Shown here: positions 11,250 to 24,926 of the stretch, one piece after another
Numbering within the stretch: the first letter of the stretch is position 1
Layout: each line of letters starts with the position of its first letter
Origin: Nemertoderma westbladi
Lineage: Eukaryota > Animalia > Xenacoelomorpha
Assembly: GCA_032718475.1 (NCBI GenBank)
Contig: JAUCBJ010008544.1
Span: 1-64,000, forward strand
Length of the DNA: 64,000 bases
Direction of reading: 5' to 3'
The notes under the pieces: generated by a model
The model's database searches: none
Told to the model about the DNA's origin: nothing
The model's input: only the letters and a program-made list of their open reading frames with translations
Position numbers and translations under genes: made by a program

Positions 11250-13125
11250 CTAGGTGATGTTAATTATATCTTCCCTCCATCCACTCAATTTCATTTTATA
11301 TGGCATTTTTAATGACAAAAAAACTGTAACCTCTTTGTTCTATTGTGTTTAGTTTATTGTTTTGGTTAAAATAAAGTGCCACTGTCAATGTCAATGTCAG
11401 TGTCAATGTCAACCACTGCATGAATTTCGATGAATTTATCTTAGAGTTATGTATGAATTGTTCCCCATTACTATTAATGGTTTTGAATTAAAGTTGTGAG
11501 TTGTAAGTTGTGACTGGTGGTGATACACAATTTAATTGTCTACTACTAGATGATGTTACTTATCTCTTCTCTCCATCCACTCAATATCATTTTATACCGC
11601 TAGATGTTGCTAGATATATTTTCATCTGGTCTTACTTACTGACTCTTGTTTTGCCCAAAGACCCCATAATTATGTGCCCAGATACCATATTCAACGCAAA
11701 TAACAGGTGATTACTCTCAAAAATTTAACTGTAACCTGTTCTATTGTATTAAGTTTATTGTTTTGGTTAAAATAAAGTGCCACTGTAGTGTCAATGTTAA
11801 CCACTGCATGAATTTCGATGAAACGTTCTTAGAGTTATGTATGAATTGTTCCCCATTACTATTAATGCTTTTGAATTAAAGTAAGTAGTGACTGGTGGTG
11901 ATACACAATTTAATGGTCTACTACTAGATGATGTTAATTATATCTTCCCTCCATCCACTCAATATCATTTTATACCGCTAGATGTTGCTAAATATATTTT
12001 CATCTGGTCTTACTTACTGACTCTTGTTTTGCCCAAAGACCCCATAATTATGTGCCCAGATACCATATTCAACGCAAATAACAGGTGATTACTCTCAAAA
12101 ATTTAACTGTAACCTGTTCTATTGTATTTAGTTTATTGTTTTGGTTAAAATAACGTGCCACTGTAACGTGCTCCAATTTCAACCACTGTATGAATTTTGA
12201 TGAAACTTACTTATTGTTATGTATGAATGGTTCTCCATTACTTAAAGCTCTGTATACCTATACTGGTATTGTCTTTATAATTAGATCAGTGATACGTTGT
12301 GTAGTAAATGTTATATGTTATGTACTTATGTATATAATAATAATCATGTGACAACTCTTCTCGGGTTGGTATTATGATGCCAACTATTTTATAGTTGGTG
12401 AATTGGATGTACTGAATGAACTGATCAGATGAACTGAATGTAGAAACTGTCACTTAATTATTATTAGTTAGAAATTAGTTAGACCACAAAATTCTTTCAT
12501 CAAGGATCACTCATCTAATTATAAAGACAATCTGCAATGCTTCTAAAGCAAACAGGGTATGTTGACGGTACAGCTGATGCTGAATTATGTGATGGTCCAT
12601 ACCGGTATTACTGTATTACTGTATTAAACCTGTTCTATTGTATTTAGTTTATTGTTTTGGTTAAAATAACATGCCACTGTAACCTGCTGCTCCAATTTCA
12701 ACCATTGCATGAATATTGATGAAACTTAATTAGAGTTGTGTATGAATTGTTATCCAGTACTTAAAGCTCTTACCACTGCTAAATGGCGCTAAATTTTGCT
12801 TCGTTTAGGCTTAATAATTACAACCAATGCATGAATTCGCAATAAATTCATCCCTCTCCAGTGGAAATTCGAAGCAAATAACAGGTGATTACTGATTACT
12901 CTCAAAAATTTAACTGTAACCTGTTCTATTGTATTTAGTTTATTGTTTTGGTTAAAATAACATGCCACTGTAACCTGCTCCAATTTCAACCATTACATGA
13001 ATATTGATGAAACTTACTTAGAGTTATGTATGAATTGTTATCCAGTACTTAAAGCTCTTACCTCTGCTAATCGGCGCTAAATTTTACTCCGTTTAGGCTT
13101 AATAATTACAACCAATGCATGAATA
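11250..13125. repeat. Tandem/segmental AT-rich repeat array (unit ~290-380 bp)
   Basis: Core aacctgttctattgtatttagtttattgttttggttaaaataa recurs about five times; ORFs at 11510 and 11888 are near-identical (378-bp period). Confidence 0.8.
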
Positions 13126-13419
13126 CTGATGAATACTGAATATGGCACGGAGTTGTACTGGGTAGGATAATATTGTCACTTATTATTATTAGTTAGATAT
13201 TAGTTAGTTAGTTAGATATTCATTAGTTTTTATATCATTGAGTCACAAAAAATAAATCTGCAAGGATCAGTCAGCTAAATCTCTTTAAAATTATATTTGT
13301 GCTTATTGTATATTGGTGTACCTATCCTATACCCATACTGGTAGTAGTTATGTTGTGCAGTATATATTATGTTATTTCTGTATATATATATATATAATAA
13401 TAAAGCGTGATGGTGCAAT

Positions 13420-13546
13420 ATAGCAATGAAAGCGTGATGGCGCAATATAGCAATGAAAGCGTGATGGCGCAATATAGCAATGAAAGCGTGATGGCGCAAT
13501 ATAGCAATGAAAGCGTGATGGCGCAATATAGCAATTAAAGCGTGAT
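13420..13546. repeat. 27-bp tandem repeat (atgaaagcgtgatggcgcaatatagca), ~4.5 copies
   Basis: Direct reading of the sequence. Confidence 0.9.
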
Positions 13547-14877
13547 ATTCATTTTTTTTTTTTTTTACTTTTAGCAAGGAACAAATTGTATAATTCGAAT
13601 AGTGGATACTTTCAAATTAAAGATTCATCAATTACACCAACAAACAATTGGCATTAAAATAAAGACAATTTGAAGATACTGAATAATTATAACTATATAA
13701 TATGTAAAGATACTGATTGACATCAACACTCCAAATTCATAAAAATGAATTATATTCCTCAGTCGTGGTGTCGGTAGTGTCGTGGTGTCGGTGTGTCATT
13801 TTCCCCTATTCCTAACTCGGTCCCCATTGGAAACGCAGCTTGAGTACGAAACTCTCTACTCATCACTGTATAACATAAGTAGGCCTCTGTCTTACTATAT
13901 ATATATTTACCATATATGGATACTATATACATTTGCCATATATATAAACTCAGTATGTAGTCTGTCGGTAATGCGCTTCCCTTTGTCAGTCTAGGGGTCC
14001 CTGTATGGTGTCGCGGCGTCAGTGGTGTCACGGTGTGCAATAGGGTTCTGGTAATAGAGTTACCTCGATTATGTCAATATTTCATAATTAAGTTCCAGAA
14101 CTACATAAAGAACATTAATGGTAAGTAAGTTATATTATATATTACATATATATTATATTAATTATAGTATATTTTATTTAACAATATCCTACTGCCTAGC
14201 TATATTATACTAACTATAACTGTTCATCAGTGTACAACTTGTAGTTGTTGGTGTTGTGCTTAATATCATAATATTATTGTTTTATTGTCAATAAACAATA
14301 TATAAGGAAACAGTTTATACAGTATTATTAGGCTATATTACCGGTGCCACCAGTGACCAGTGTTAGTTATTCATATGTGCTATTAGTAGGCCTATATTAC
14401 TGGTTGCTATTCATCATTATAAATCATTTCTTGCTCTCTTATCGCTGCCTATTCAACAGTATACAGTATTTGTTGGCTTCTATTACCGGTGGTTATTCAT
14501 CAGTGTTATTAGTAGGTCTCTATTACAGTATTAGTAGGCTTCTATTACTGGTTCTTATTGATCAGTGTTATTAGTATTCCTCTATTACAGTATTAGTAGG
14601 CTTCTATTACCGGTTGTTATTCATCAGTGTTATGAGTAGGTCTCTATTACAGTATTAGTAGGCTTCTATTACTGGTTCTTATTGATCAGTGTTATTAGTA
14701 GGCCTCTATTACAGTATTAGTAGGCTTCTATTACCGGTTGTTATTCATCAGTGTTATTAGTAGGCCTCTATTACAGTTTTAGTAGGCTTATATTACCGGT
14801 TCTTATTGATCAGTTTTATTAGTAGGCCTCTATTACAGTATTAGTAGGCTTCTATTACCGGTTCTTATTGATCAGTG

Positions 14878-16576
14878 CTCCCAAGCTCCCAAGCTCCTCA
14901 ATAATGACAGGGTATTGCCTGATAACTTTATAGAAGTAAAGGTGTCTGAGTCTGTACTCCCAGATATTCCCATTGGCGATATCTCCTTTGCAGAAGTGAA
15001 GGCTGCTGCAAAGAGCATTAAGACCAATCGTGCCAGTGGAGTAGATGGTGTTCCCCCTGAGGTCTTTAAAATACCTGAGTGTTTAAAGCTCATCTATCCC
15101 ATCATAGTAGACATGTACCGTACAACAAGAGTCCCACAAGAAATGAAAACAAATAAGTTGGTGCCAGTTCCCAAGAAGGGCAACCTAACACTCTATGGTT
15201 CTTTTCGGGGAATCTCATTGATCTCGATTGCTGCAAAGCTATACAATAGGATTCTATTAAATCGCATCAGGGATCCCATTGAGAGCCTGCTCCGTGGAAA
15301 TCAGAATGGGTTCCGTAAAGGTCGTGGGACCATGGAGCCCATTTTGGCACTTAGAAGGATAATTGAAGAATTATCAAAAAAGAAAGACAGGCATCTGGCT
15401 GTTATCTTTGTTGACTTCTTCAAGGCCTTTGATTCAGTCTCTCGCTCACGTATGTTCAGCATACTTTCATTATATGGGATTCCTGATGAAATTATTGCAG
15501 CAATCAGATCAGTATACGATGGTTCGACAACATTTGTGTCTACTGTTGACGGTGACACAGAACCATTTGAAGTGTTATGGGGCGTCCTCCAGGGAGACAC
15601 ACTTGCACCATTCTTGTTCATTATTGTGGTTGACTATGTTCTACGCATGTCCTTAGATCATCATAATGATGATGGGGTGATGATAACTCCACCTACTGGC
15701 TCCAGAAGTCGAGGAAATCCTTCCAAGTACCTAACTGATCTAGACTTTGCTGATGACTTAGGAGTACTCTCAGAATCATTAGAGGGAGCCCAACGGCTCC
15801 TCAGCTCATTAGAACATGCTGCTTCTAGTGTTGGTCTTTTTATTAACTCCAGAAAGACCAAAATTCTGACAGTTAACTTTGAAAGTCCTCAGCAAGTCTC
15901 TGATCGGATGAGCATAAGCTCAAAGGATGGTATGCTTGAGCATGTGGACGACTTCTGTTACCTGGGATCATGGATCCGGAAGTCAGGTGAGGACCTTCGA
16001 ATACGTAAGGGAAAGGCATGGGCAGCCTTGAATAGGCTTTCCAGGATTTGGAAGTCACCGAGAATTAATCGGAAACTTAAGGTCCGATTATTTAGAGCAG
16101 CAGTAGTTCCAGTACTCCTCTATGGGAGTCCATGCTGGGCTCTAACTGCTGAGGACACCAAATCTCTGGATGGCACATTCACAAGAATGCTACGCCGGGT
16201 TCATTGTGTCAAGTACAATGCACACATCTCCAACCAGACACTATATAACATTGGAGGTGTCTCATTGGTTCCCCCAAGCTTGACAATAGAACAAAATCGC
16301 CTCCGCTTTGCAGGACATTGCTTTCGCCGTGAGGACCAGCCAGTGCATAATCTTGTACTTTGGCAGCCTCATGGAGTGAATAAGCATGGTGGACAGCCCA
16401 TGACTTTCTTGAGACGCATCTTAAAGGACACTGGCCTTAAAGATGCGGATGATCTAGCAAATGTCATGGGTGATAGGGAGTTGTGGCGGTGCAATTTTGT
16501 TGATAAGCCGGCACAGCATTCTTAAAAATGCAGCTGCAATGCAGCATGCCGATCCTAGTCCTAGTAGTAGTACTAG
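14878..16576 (+). mobile_element. 5'-truncated non-LTR retrotransposon (RTE-like LINE)
   Basis: 12-bp TSD tattgatcagtg at 14866-14877 and 16577-16588; short 3' UTR ending in a (TAG)n-like tail cctagtcctagtagtagtactag; RT ORF inside. Confidence 0.88.
14879..16525 (+). pseudogene. LINE reverse transcriptase, N-terminally truncated (no endonuclease domain, no genuine start codon)
   Basis: Motifs QNGFRKGR, VDFFKAFDSV, GVLQGDTLAPFLF, DLDFADDL, FCYLGS, LLYGS, RLRFAGH; the frame is open from the 5' junction. Confidence 0.88.
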
Positions 16577-16911
16577 TATTGATCAGTGTTATTAGTATTC
16601 CTCTATTACAGTATTAGTAGGCTTCTATTACCGGTTGTGATTCATCAGTGTTATTAGTAGGCCTCTATTACAGTATTTGTAGTCTTCTATTACCGGTGGT
16701 TATTCGTCAGTGTTATTAGTAGGTCTCTATTACAGTATTAGTAGGCTTCTATTACCGGTTCTTATTGATCAGTGTTATTAGTAGGCCTCTATTACAGTAT
16801 TAGTAGTCTTCTATTACCGGTGGTTATTCATCAGTGTTATTAGTAGGCTTCTATTACAGTATTAGTAGGCTTCTATTACTGGTTCTTATTGATCAGTGTT
16901 ATTAGTAGGTT

Positions 16912-19900
16912 ATGCTAATTGTTGCTCATTGTTGCTCGTTGTTGCTCATTGTTGTTCGTTGTTTCCTCATTGTTGCTCGCTGTTGCTCATTGTTGTTCGT
17001 TGTTGCTCATTGTTGCTTGTTGTTGCTCATTGTTGCTCGTTATTGCTCATTGTTGTTCGTTGTTTCCTCATTGTTGCTCGTTGTTGCTCATTGTTGTTCG
17101 TTGTTGCTCGTTGTTGCTCATTGTTGCTCATTGTTGCTCGTTGTTGCTCATTGTTGTTCGTTGTTGCTCGTTGTTGCTTATTGTTGCTCATTGTTACTAA
17201 TTGTTGCTCATTGTTGCTCGTTGTTGCTCATTGTTGTTCGTTGTTTCCTCATTGTTGCTCGTTGTTGCTCATTGTTGTTCGTTGTTGCTCGTTGTTGCTC
17301 ATTGTTGCTAATTGTTGCTCATTGTTGCTCGTTGTTGCTCATTGTTGTTCGTTGTTTCCTCATTGTTGCTCATTGTTGCTCATTGTTGCTAATTGTTGCT
17401 CGTTGTTGCTCGTTGTTGCTCGTTATTGCTCATTGTTGCTCGTTGTTGCTCATTGTTGCTCGTTGTTGCACATTGTTGTTCGTTGTTGCTCATTGTTGCT
17501 AATTGTTGCTCGTTGTTGCTCATTGTTGCTCGTTGTTGTTCATTGTTGTTCGTTGTTTCCTCATTGTTGCTCGTTATTGCTCATTGTTGCTCGTTGTTGC
17601 TCATTGTTGCTCGTTGTTGCACATTGTTGTTCGTTGTTGCTCGTTGTTGCTTATTGTTGCTAATTGTTGCTCGTTGTTGCTCATTGTTGCTCATTGTTGT
17701 TTGTTGTTGCTCGTTGTTGCTCATTGTTGCTAATTGTTGCTCATTGTTGCTCGTTGTTGCACATTGTTGTTCGTTGTTGCTCGTTGTTGCTCATTGTTGC
17801 TAATTGTTGCTCGTTGTTGTTCGTTGTTGCTCAATGTTGCTCGTTGTTGTACTTTATTATTGCTTGTTGTTGCTCATTGTTGTTCGTTGTTGCTCATTGT
17901 AGCTCGTTATTGCTCATTGTTGCTCGTTGTTGCTCATTGTTGGTACATTGTTGCTAGTTGTTCCTCGTTGTTGCTCATTGTTGCTCGTTGTTGCTCATTG
18001 TTGCTTGTTGTTGCTCATTGTTGCTCGTTGTTGCACATTGTTGTTCGTTGTTGCTCGTTGTCGCTCATTGTTGCTAATTGTTGTTCGTTGTTGCTCGTTG
18101 TTGCTCATTGTTGCTAATTGTTGCTCATTGTTGCTCATTGTTGCTCATTGTTGCTAATTGTTGCTCGTTGTTGCTCATTGTTGCTCGTTATTGCTCATTG
18201 TTGCTCGTTGTTGCTCATTGTTGCTCGTTGTTGCACATTGTTGCTCGTTGTTGCTCATTGTTGCTCGTTGTTGCACATTGTTGTTAGTTGTTGCTCATTG
18301 TTGCTAATTGTTGCTCGTTGTTGCTCATTGTTGCTCGTTGTTGCTCATTGTTGTTCGTTGTTTCCTCATTGTTGCTCGTTATAGCTCATTGTTGCTTGTT
18401 GTTGCTCATTGTTGCTAATTGTTGTTCGTTGTTGCTCGTTGTTGCTCATTGTTGCTAATTGTTGCTAATTGTTGCTCATTGTTGCTCATTGTTGCTAATT
18501 GTTGCTCGTTGTTGCTCATTGTTGCTCGTTATTGCTCATTGTTGCTCGTTGTTGCTCATTGTTGCTCGTTATTGCTCATTGTTGCTCGTTGTTGCTCATT
18601 GTTGCTCGTTGTTGCACATTGTTGTTAGTTGTTGCTCATTGTTGCTAATTGTTGCTCGTTGTTGCTCATTGTTGCTCGTTGTTGCTCATTGTTGTTCGTT
18701 GTTTCCTCATTGTTGCTCGTTATAGCTCATTGTTGCTCATTGTTGCTCGTTGTTGCACATTGTTGTTCGTTGTTGCTCGTTGTTGCTCATTGTTGCTAAT
18801 TGTTGCTCGTTGTTGCTCATTGTTGTTCGTTGTTGCTCGTTGTTGCTCATTGTTGCTAATTGTTGCTCGTTGTTGCTCATTGTTGCTCGTTGTTGCTCAT
18901 TGTTGTTCGTTGTTTCCTCATTGTTGCTCGTTATTGCTCATTGTTGCTCATTGTTGCTCGTTGTTGCACATTGTTGTTCGTTGTTGCTCATTGTTTCTAA
19001 TTGTTTCGTTGTTGCTCATTGCTGCTCGTTGTTGCTCATTGTTGTTCGTTGTTGCTCGTTGTTGCTCATTGTTGCTAATTGTTGTTCGTTGTTGCTCGTT
19101 GTTGCTCATTGTTGCTAATTGTTGCTCATTGTTGTTCATTGTTGCTAATTGTTGCTCGTTGTTGCTCATTGTTGCTCATTGTTGCTCGTTATTGCTCATT
19201 GTTGCTCGTTGTTGCTCATTGTTGCTCATTGTTGCTCGTTGTTGCACATTGTTGTTTGTTGGTGCTCATTGTTGCTCGTTGTTGCTCATTGTTGCTCGTT
19301 GTTGCTCATTGTTGTTCGTTGTTTCCTCATTGTTGCTCGTTATTGCTCATTGTTGCTCATTGTTGCTCGTTGTTGCACATTGTTGTTTGTTGTTGCTCGT
19401 TGTTGCTCATTGTGGCTAATTGTTGCTCGTTGTTGCTCATTGTTGCTCGTTGTTGCTCATTGTTGTTCGTTGTTGCTCATTGTTGCTCATTGTTGCTAAT
19501 TGTTGCTAATTGTTGCTCGTTGTTGCTCATTGTTGTTCGTTGTTTCCTCATTGTTGCTCGCTGTTGCTCATTGTTGTTCGTTGTTGCTCATTGTTGCTTG
19601 TTGTTGCTCATTGTTGCTCATTGTTGTTCGTTGTTGCTCATTGTTGCTCATTGTTGCTCGTTGTTGCTCATTGTTGTTCGTTGTTGCTCGTTGTTGCTCA
19701 TTGTTGCTCATTGTTGCTAATTGTTGCTCATTGTTGCTCGTTGTTGCTCATTGTTGTTCGTTGTTTCCTCATTGTTGCTCGTTGTCGCTCACTGTTGTTC
19801 GTTGTTGCTCGTTGTTGCTCATTGTTGCTAATTGTTGCTCATTGTTGCTCGTTGTTGCTCATTGTTGCTTGTTGTTGCTCAGTGTTGCTCGTTATTGCTC

Positions 19901-20488
19901 ATTGTTGCTCGTTGTTGCTCATTGTTGCTCGTTGTTGCACATTGTTGTTCGTTGTTGCTCGTTGTTGCTCATTGTTGCTAATTGTTGCTCGTTGTTGTTC
20001 GTTGTTGCTCAATGTTGCTCGTCGTTGTACTTTATTATTGCTTGTTGTTGCTCATTGTTGTTCGTTGTTGCTCATTGTTGCTCGTTATTGCTCATTGTTG
20101 CTCGTTGTTGCTCATTGTTGGTACATTGTTGCTAGTTGTTCCTCGTTGTTGCTCATTGTTGCTCGTTGTTGCTCATTGTTGCTCGTTGTTGTTCGTTGTT
20201 GCTCATTGTTGCTTGTTGTTGCTCATTGTTGCTCGTTGTTGCTCATTGTTGTTCGTTGTTGCTCGTTGTTGCTCATTGATGTTCGTTGTTGTACTTTATT
20301 ATTGCTTGTTGTTGCTCATTGTTGATTGTTGTTGCTCATTGTTGTTCGTTGTTGCTCTTTGTTACTCGTTGTTGCTCGTTGTTGCTCATTGTTGCTCATT
20401 GTTGCCCATTGTTGCTCATTGTTGATTGTTGTTGCTCATTGATTGTTGTTGCTCATTGTTGTTCGTTGTTGCTCATTGTTGCTCGTTG
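16912..20488. repeat. ~3.6-kb 10-bp-unit satellite (TTGTTGCTCA/TTGTTGCTCG)
   Basis: Hundreds of 10-bp units with variant units (ttgttgttcg, ttgtttcctca, ttgttgcaca) that recur in higher-order patterns. Confidence 0.97.
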
Positions 20489-20821
20489 TGCATTTAAGCA
20501 CCTACCTAAATAAACGCAAATCAATACAACAGTGTGAGAGTTCTACAGGTATCTCAGCAGAGAATTCCGTAATTGTTATCTTACATTTTGCTTGTAGAAA
20601 CGAATGCAAGTTCTTGGAATCTTACCGTGCAAACAAATGTTAAAGCAAACATAATAATACAATACAGTATAATTACATTATGTCAATATAATTATCTTGT
20701 CACATTCATTTAATATTTTCTCTTATAATGCTACTGTATCATATAATAACTATGGCATTTACAATAATTACACAATTAATTCAACAACCATTTTTAGCAA
20801 GTCGGAGCCCCGCCCCCCTAA

Positions 20822-21537
20822 TTTTTTTTTCTAATTTCAATCAATTGCTACGGATTGTGGCATGAATATAGTTCGACAAGTTTTCTTACTGGTGGCAGAG
20901 CCGGATTTTTCAATTTTAAATTTACTTAGCCGTTAAAAATTCCTATTTACCAATATTTGACCATCTCAGTTGGCTTTATTCTTATTCTTTGTAATGTAGG
21001 CTTAATTCGGATATAATTAAAACCGCCTTTATCTGCAGATTCCGAATCTGAAAACTGTTTTAAATTTCACCCAAAATCGCCACAGATATTATCAAAATTA
21101 TAAGGTGTATTTTTTGTAATGTATTTTTTGTAATAATATTTTTAAAACTCTTCATCTTGTTTCTTCATCACGAGTACATGTACTTAATATTCTATATCGA
21201 TTTACATGTCAAAATGCGGGAAAGACAGATGTATACGTTTGATATTTTTGATTATATCTCCGAAGTTCTTGGTGAAAATAAAAACGATTTTCCAATTCGG
21301 AATCCTGCAGATGGAGGCGGTTCTAATGATGTACACTTAAAAGATTACACTTACACTCAAAAGATGGAAATTAGAGCCAACAGAGAGGGTTAAATATTGT
21401 TAAATGGCTTTTTAACGGCTTGGTGTAGCTAAATCATTTTAAACATGAAAATCCGGCCCTGCCAGCAGTAAGAAAATTTGTCTAACTAAGAACTATCCTC
21501 ATACCTAAAACCGTAGCATTTCATTGAAATTAAAAAA
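20822..21537. mobile_element. Old palindromic MITE-like element (diverged long inverted repeats)
   Basis: 20822-20940 (tttcttactggtggcagagccggatttt...agccgttaaaaa) is the diverged reverse complement of 21408-21537 (tttttaacggct...aaaatccggccctgccagcagtaagaaa). Inner pair: 21019-21100 (ccgcctttatctgcagattccgaat) vs 21245-21325 (attcggaatcctgcagatggaggcgg). Confidence 0.65.
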
Positions 21538-22145
21538 TTAACAGTGAAAAATGCCTATCAAGAAAGATGGTGTATTGCATTTCAATGCTTGCAGGAATAA
21601 TATAAATGACAGTGAAGTTTATGGATTCGGAAATAAGTCGGAAATAATTTTATTTGATTTATACAGTTATTGTAGAATATAGGCCTACATTAATATGTAT
21701 GTATATAAAAATATAAAATTATGTAGAATTTGAATATACACCTACAGTTAACCAATATTGATTGTTAATGATATTGTACAATAGGTGCGCTAGGAATGCG
21801 TCTCGCTAGCGCCCCACTTTACAATAACAAAATAACACTGTTCAACATAAATATATACTATTTTATAATGCGTGTAGGCCCTATACTGCTATAGCCTGCC
21901 TACTCAATGTGTCTGATACGGGATACTCAAACTGAAGGTACAGGTTGGAAGATCGGTAGGCAGTAAAGTATTGGGGCGAGCCATCGAGCTCGTATTAATT
22001 AGGTCGTGGGTCTATCAGTATATTTATGTGGTCCGCTACATTATATTACAGTATATGACAATTATGAAATGTAGTAGGCCTAACTGCAGTTATTAACGTT
22101 AAATGTATTTCTAAGACCAATTGAAATGCTGGGAGAAAAACTTTG

Positions 22146-23437
22146 GATAAGTGTAGCGCCCACCCCTACCTTCGGGTAGCAGATAGGAGTAGCCCCCACC
22201 CCTAACTTCGGGTAACAGATAGGTGCAGCACCCACCCCTAACTTCGGGTAGCAGATAGGAGTAGCCCCCACCCCTAACTTCGGGTAGCAGATAAGGAGTA
22301 GCCCCCACCCCTAACTTCGGGTAGCAGATAGGTGTAGCCCCCACCCCTAACTTCGGGTAACAGATAGGAGTAGCGCCCACCCCTACCCTCGGGTAGCAGA
22401 TAGGTGTAGCGCCCACCCCTACCTTCGGGTAGCAGATAGGAGTAGCCCCCACCCCTAACTTCGGGTAGCAGATAGGTGTAGCCCCCACCCCTAACTTCGG
22501 GTAGCAGATAGGAGTAGCCCCCACCCCTAACTTCGGGTAGCAGATAGGAGTAGCCCCCACCCCTAACTTCGGGTAGCAGATAGGAGTAGCCCCCACCCCT
22601 AACTTCGGGTAACAGATAGGTGCAGCCCCCACCCCTAACTTCGGGTAGCAGATAGGAGTAGCCCCCACCCCTAACTTCGGGTAGCAGATAGGAGTAGCCC
22701 CCACCCCTAACTTCGGGTAGCAGATAGGTGTAGCCCCCACCCCTAACTTCGGGTAACAGATAGGTGTAGCCCCCACCCCTAACTTCGGGTAACAGATAGG
22801 AGTAGCCCCCACCCCTAACTTCGGGTAACAGATAGGTGCAGCCCCCACCCCTAACTTCGGGTAGCAGATAGGTGTAGCCCCCACCCCTAACTTCGGGTAG
22901 CAGATAGGAGTAGCCCCCACCCCTAACTTCGGGTAACAGATAGGTGTAGCCCCCACCCCTAACTTCGGGTAACAGATAGGTGTAGCCCCCACCCCTAACT
23001 TCGGGTAGCAGATAGGAGTAGCCCCCACCCCTAACTTCGGGTAACAGATAGGTGCAGCCCCCACCCCTAACTTCGGGTAACAGATAGGTGTAGCCCCCAC
23101 CCCTAACTTCGGGTAACAGATAGGTGTAGCCCCCACCCCTCACTTCGGGTAACAGATAAGTGTAGCCCCCACCCCTAACTTCGGGTAACAGATAGGTGTA
23201 GCGCCCACCCCTAACTTCGGGTAACAGATAGGTGTAGCCCCCACCCCTAACTTCGGGTAACAGATAGGTGTAGCCCCCACCCCTAACTTCGGGTAACAGA
23301 TAGGTGTACCGCCCACCCCTAACTTCGGGTAACAGTTAGGTGTAGCCCCCACCCCTAACTTCGGGTAACAGATAGGTGTAGCGCCCACCCCTAACTTCGG
23401 GTAACAGATAGGTGTAGCGCCCACCCCTAACTTCGGG
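22146..23437. repeat. 36-bp minisatellite (cccacccctaacttcgggtaacagataggtgtagcc), left part
   Basis: ~36 tandem copies; the array resumes at 52647 after the LTR element. Confidence 0.97.
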
Positions 23438-24029
23438 TGTGACGGGATCAGGGGATCCCGACTGGTTAGTTTTCGTTACGCGTCGCCGCTCGTTGTTATG
23501 AGAAAAGGATAATAGTTAGTTGTTGTTCTGATATTGTTAATGCAAATCACCAAATATAATATAATAGCAAGAAATATATATGTAATGTTAATGAATAAGA
23601 TATAATAACGTTGTACCGGTAGTGGCGGTGACGGCGGTGACGGTACGAAAATGTCACCTAACTGCACTAATTAATGACTGAGTAAACTGAACAACCGACC
23701 GGTAGCAGGACGATATATATATGTATATAATTAGTACACCACTACGGCCTTCGTCCAGTGGATACTCTCCCCCCCGCTCTCATTGGCTGTTGGCCCACTT
23801 CACGCCTCTCACCTCTGTGGGAGTGCTTCCCCCCCGCTGCTGTTACTTTCCCTCTCCCAAGAGGTTTGACCTATAACCCCTTTTGTGTGGCTCTTTGGGG
23901 CCTTATGTTGTGCCCGTTATTGGGGGTGATACGAGGTTGATTGTAATCAACCTCGTACTCCCCAATATTGCTTAAAACGCCACTTCCCAACTTTATGGGG
24001 TCGGTGGGGCGGAATTGAATCCGCTCACA
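23438..24029 (-). repeat. 3' LTR of element A (592 bp)
   Basis: tgtgacgggatc...gaatccgctcaca; matches 52061-52646 with about a dozen substitutions and two indels. Confidence 0.95.
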
Positions 24030-24926
24030 CTCCCCCCCATGCTATCTTCCCGGTGAGAAGATAGCATCACCTTCGAGTGCGCTTCAATTCCGCTGGAACC
24101 AGATCTATTATCGGGTGTGGGGTGGAGTTCTCTTTCTTGGAGCCGGCTTTCCTGGCCGCTCCCTATGGGTATGATATTGCTACCCTCTCTTGGTGCAACT
24201 TCACCTATGTTGCACCAAGACATCTGGCGTCTCGGGTCGAGACAATTGTGGACTCCTCACACATTTTAAAAACTCCTCTCACTCTAAGTTCACTTCAGCT
24301 CCACTCCAACTCCACCCTACTCTATCTTACTCGTTCCCCACACCCGACTCGCACTCCTTTTACTTTCCCTTATCCTGTCAAACCTCCTCTCATTCTCCCC
24401 CCGATTCTCATTCTTACTTTCATTCCTCACACACTTATTGGGCCCCACACATGTGCGCATCATGTTAGTGGGCATGTTGCCCTAGTCAATTGATCCCCAG
24501 TCCCAGTAGCTAATTGGAAAAAGGTTGTGTTTGACTACGGTACAACTTCCAACTTCCAACTTCTGATATGGTGTATCCACCTCCCTGTCTACTAGATGCC
24601 GGTTGTTGTAGTACACCGACTCGTCCTCCAGCCCCGGGTGATCTACCAGACCTCCGAAGGCCACCTTGAAGGCTCTTCTGTAGTTCGGGGGTGGTCCTGA
24701 TATTCTTAATTTTTAATTTTGATTTTGTTTCGTGCGCATTTGCCCCTATTCTGTGCTATTATATTTGTACCTACCTCTCTACTTACTTCTTACTTACTAC
24801 TTACCATGCAACTCTCTTACTACTAACTCTATTAACTCTCTAAAACTCTACTAACTCTCTAACTCTACTAAGTCTCCAACTCTACTAACTTTCTAACGGT
24901 ACTATGTACCCTCCTACTACTCTCTC

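Larger units (their letters stand above)
14480..16910. repeat. ~60-bp minisatellite (cagtattagtaggcttctattaccggttcttattgatcagtgttattagtaggcctctatta), interrupted by a LINE
   Basis: Same unit at 14480-14877 and 16577-16910, on both sides of the RT-coding insert. Confidence 0.85.

Noticed and set aside
11510-12088. Duplicated 66-aa ORFs
   Set aside because: GTG-started frames inside a 378-bp AT-rich tandem repeat; no protein motif.
16896-20513. Many long hydrophobic Cys/Leu/Val ORFs
   Set aside because: Translations of the stop-poor 10-bp satellite in all frames.
22080-23424. 36-bp repeat as a CRISPR array or repeat protein
   Set aside because: Head-to-tail units without unique spacers, no cas genes, eukaryotic context; the ORFs are repeat artefacts.
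24482-24710. Short coding-looking minus-strand frame in the 3' region of element A
   Set aside because: About 75 codons, no ATG start and no recognisable motif; cannot be supported.
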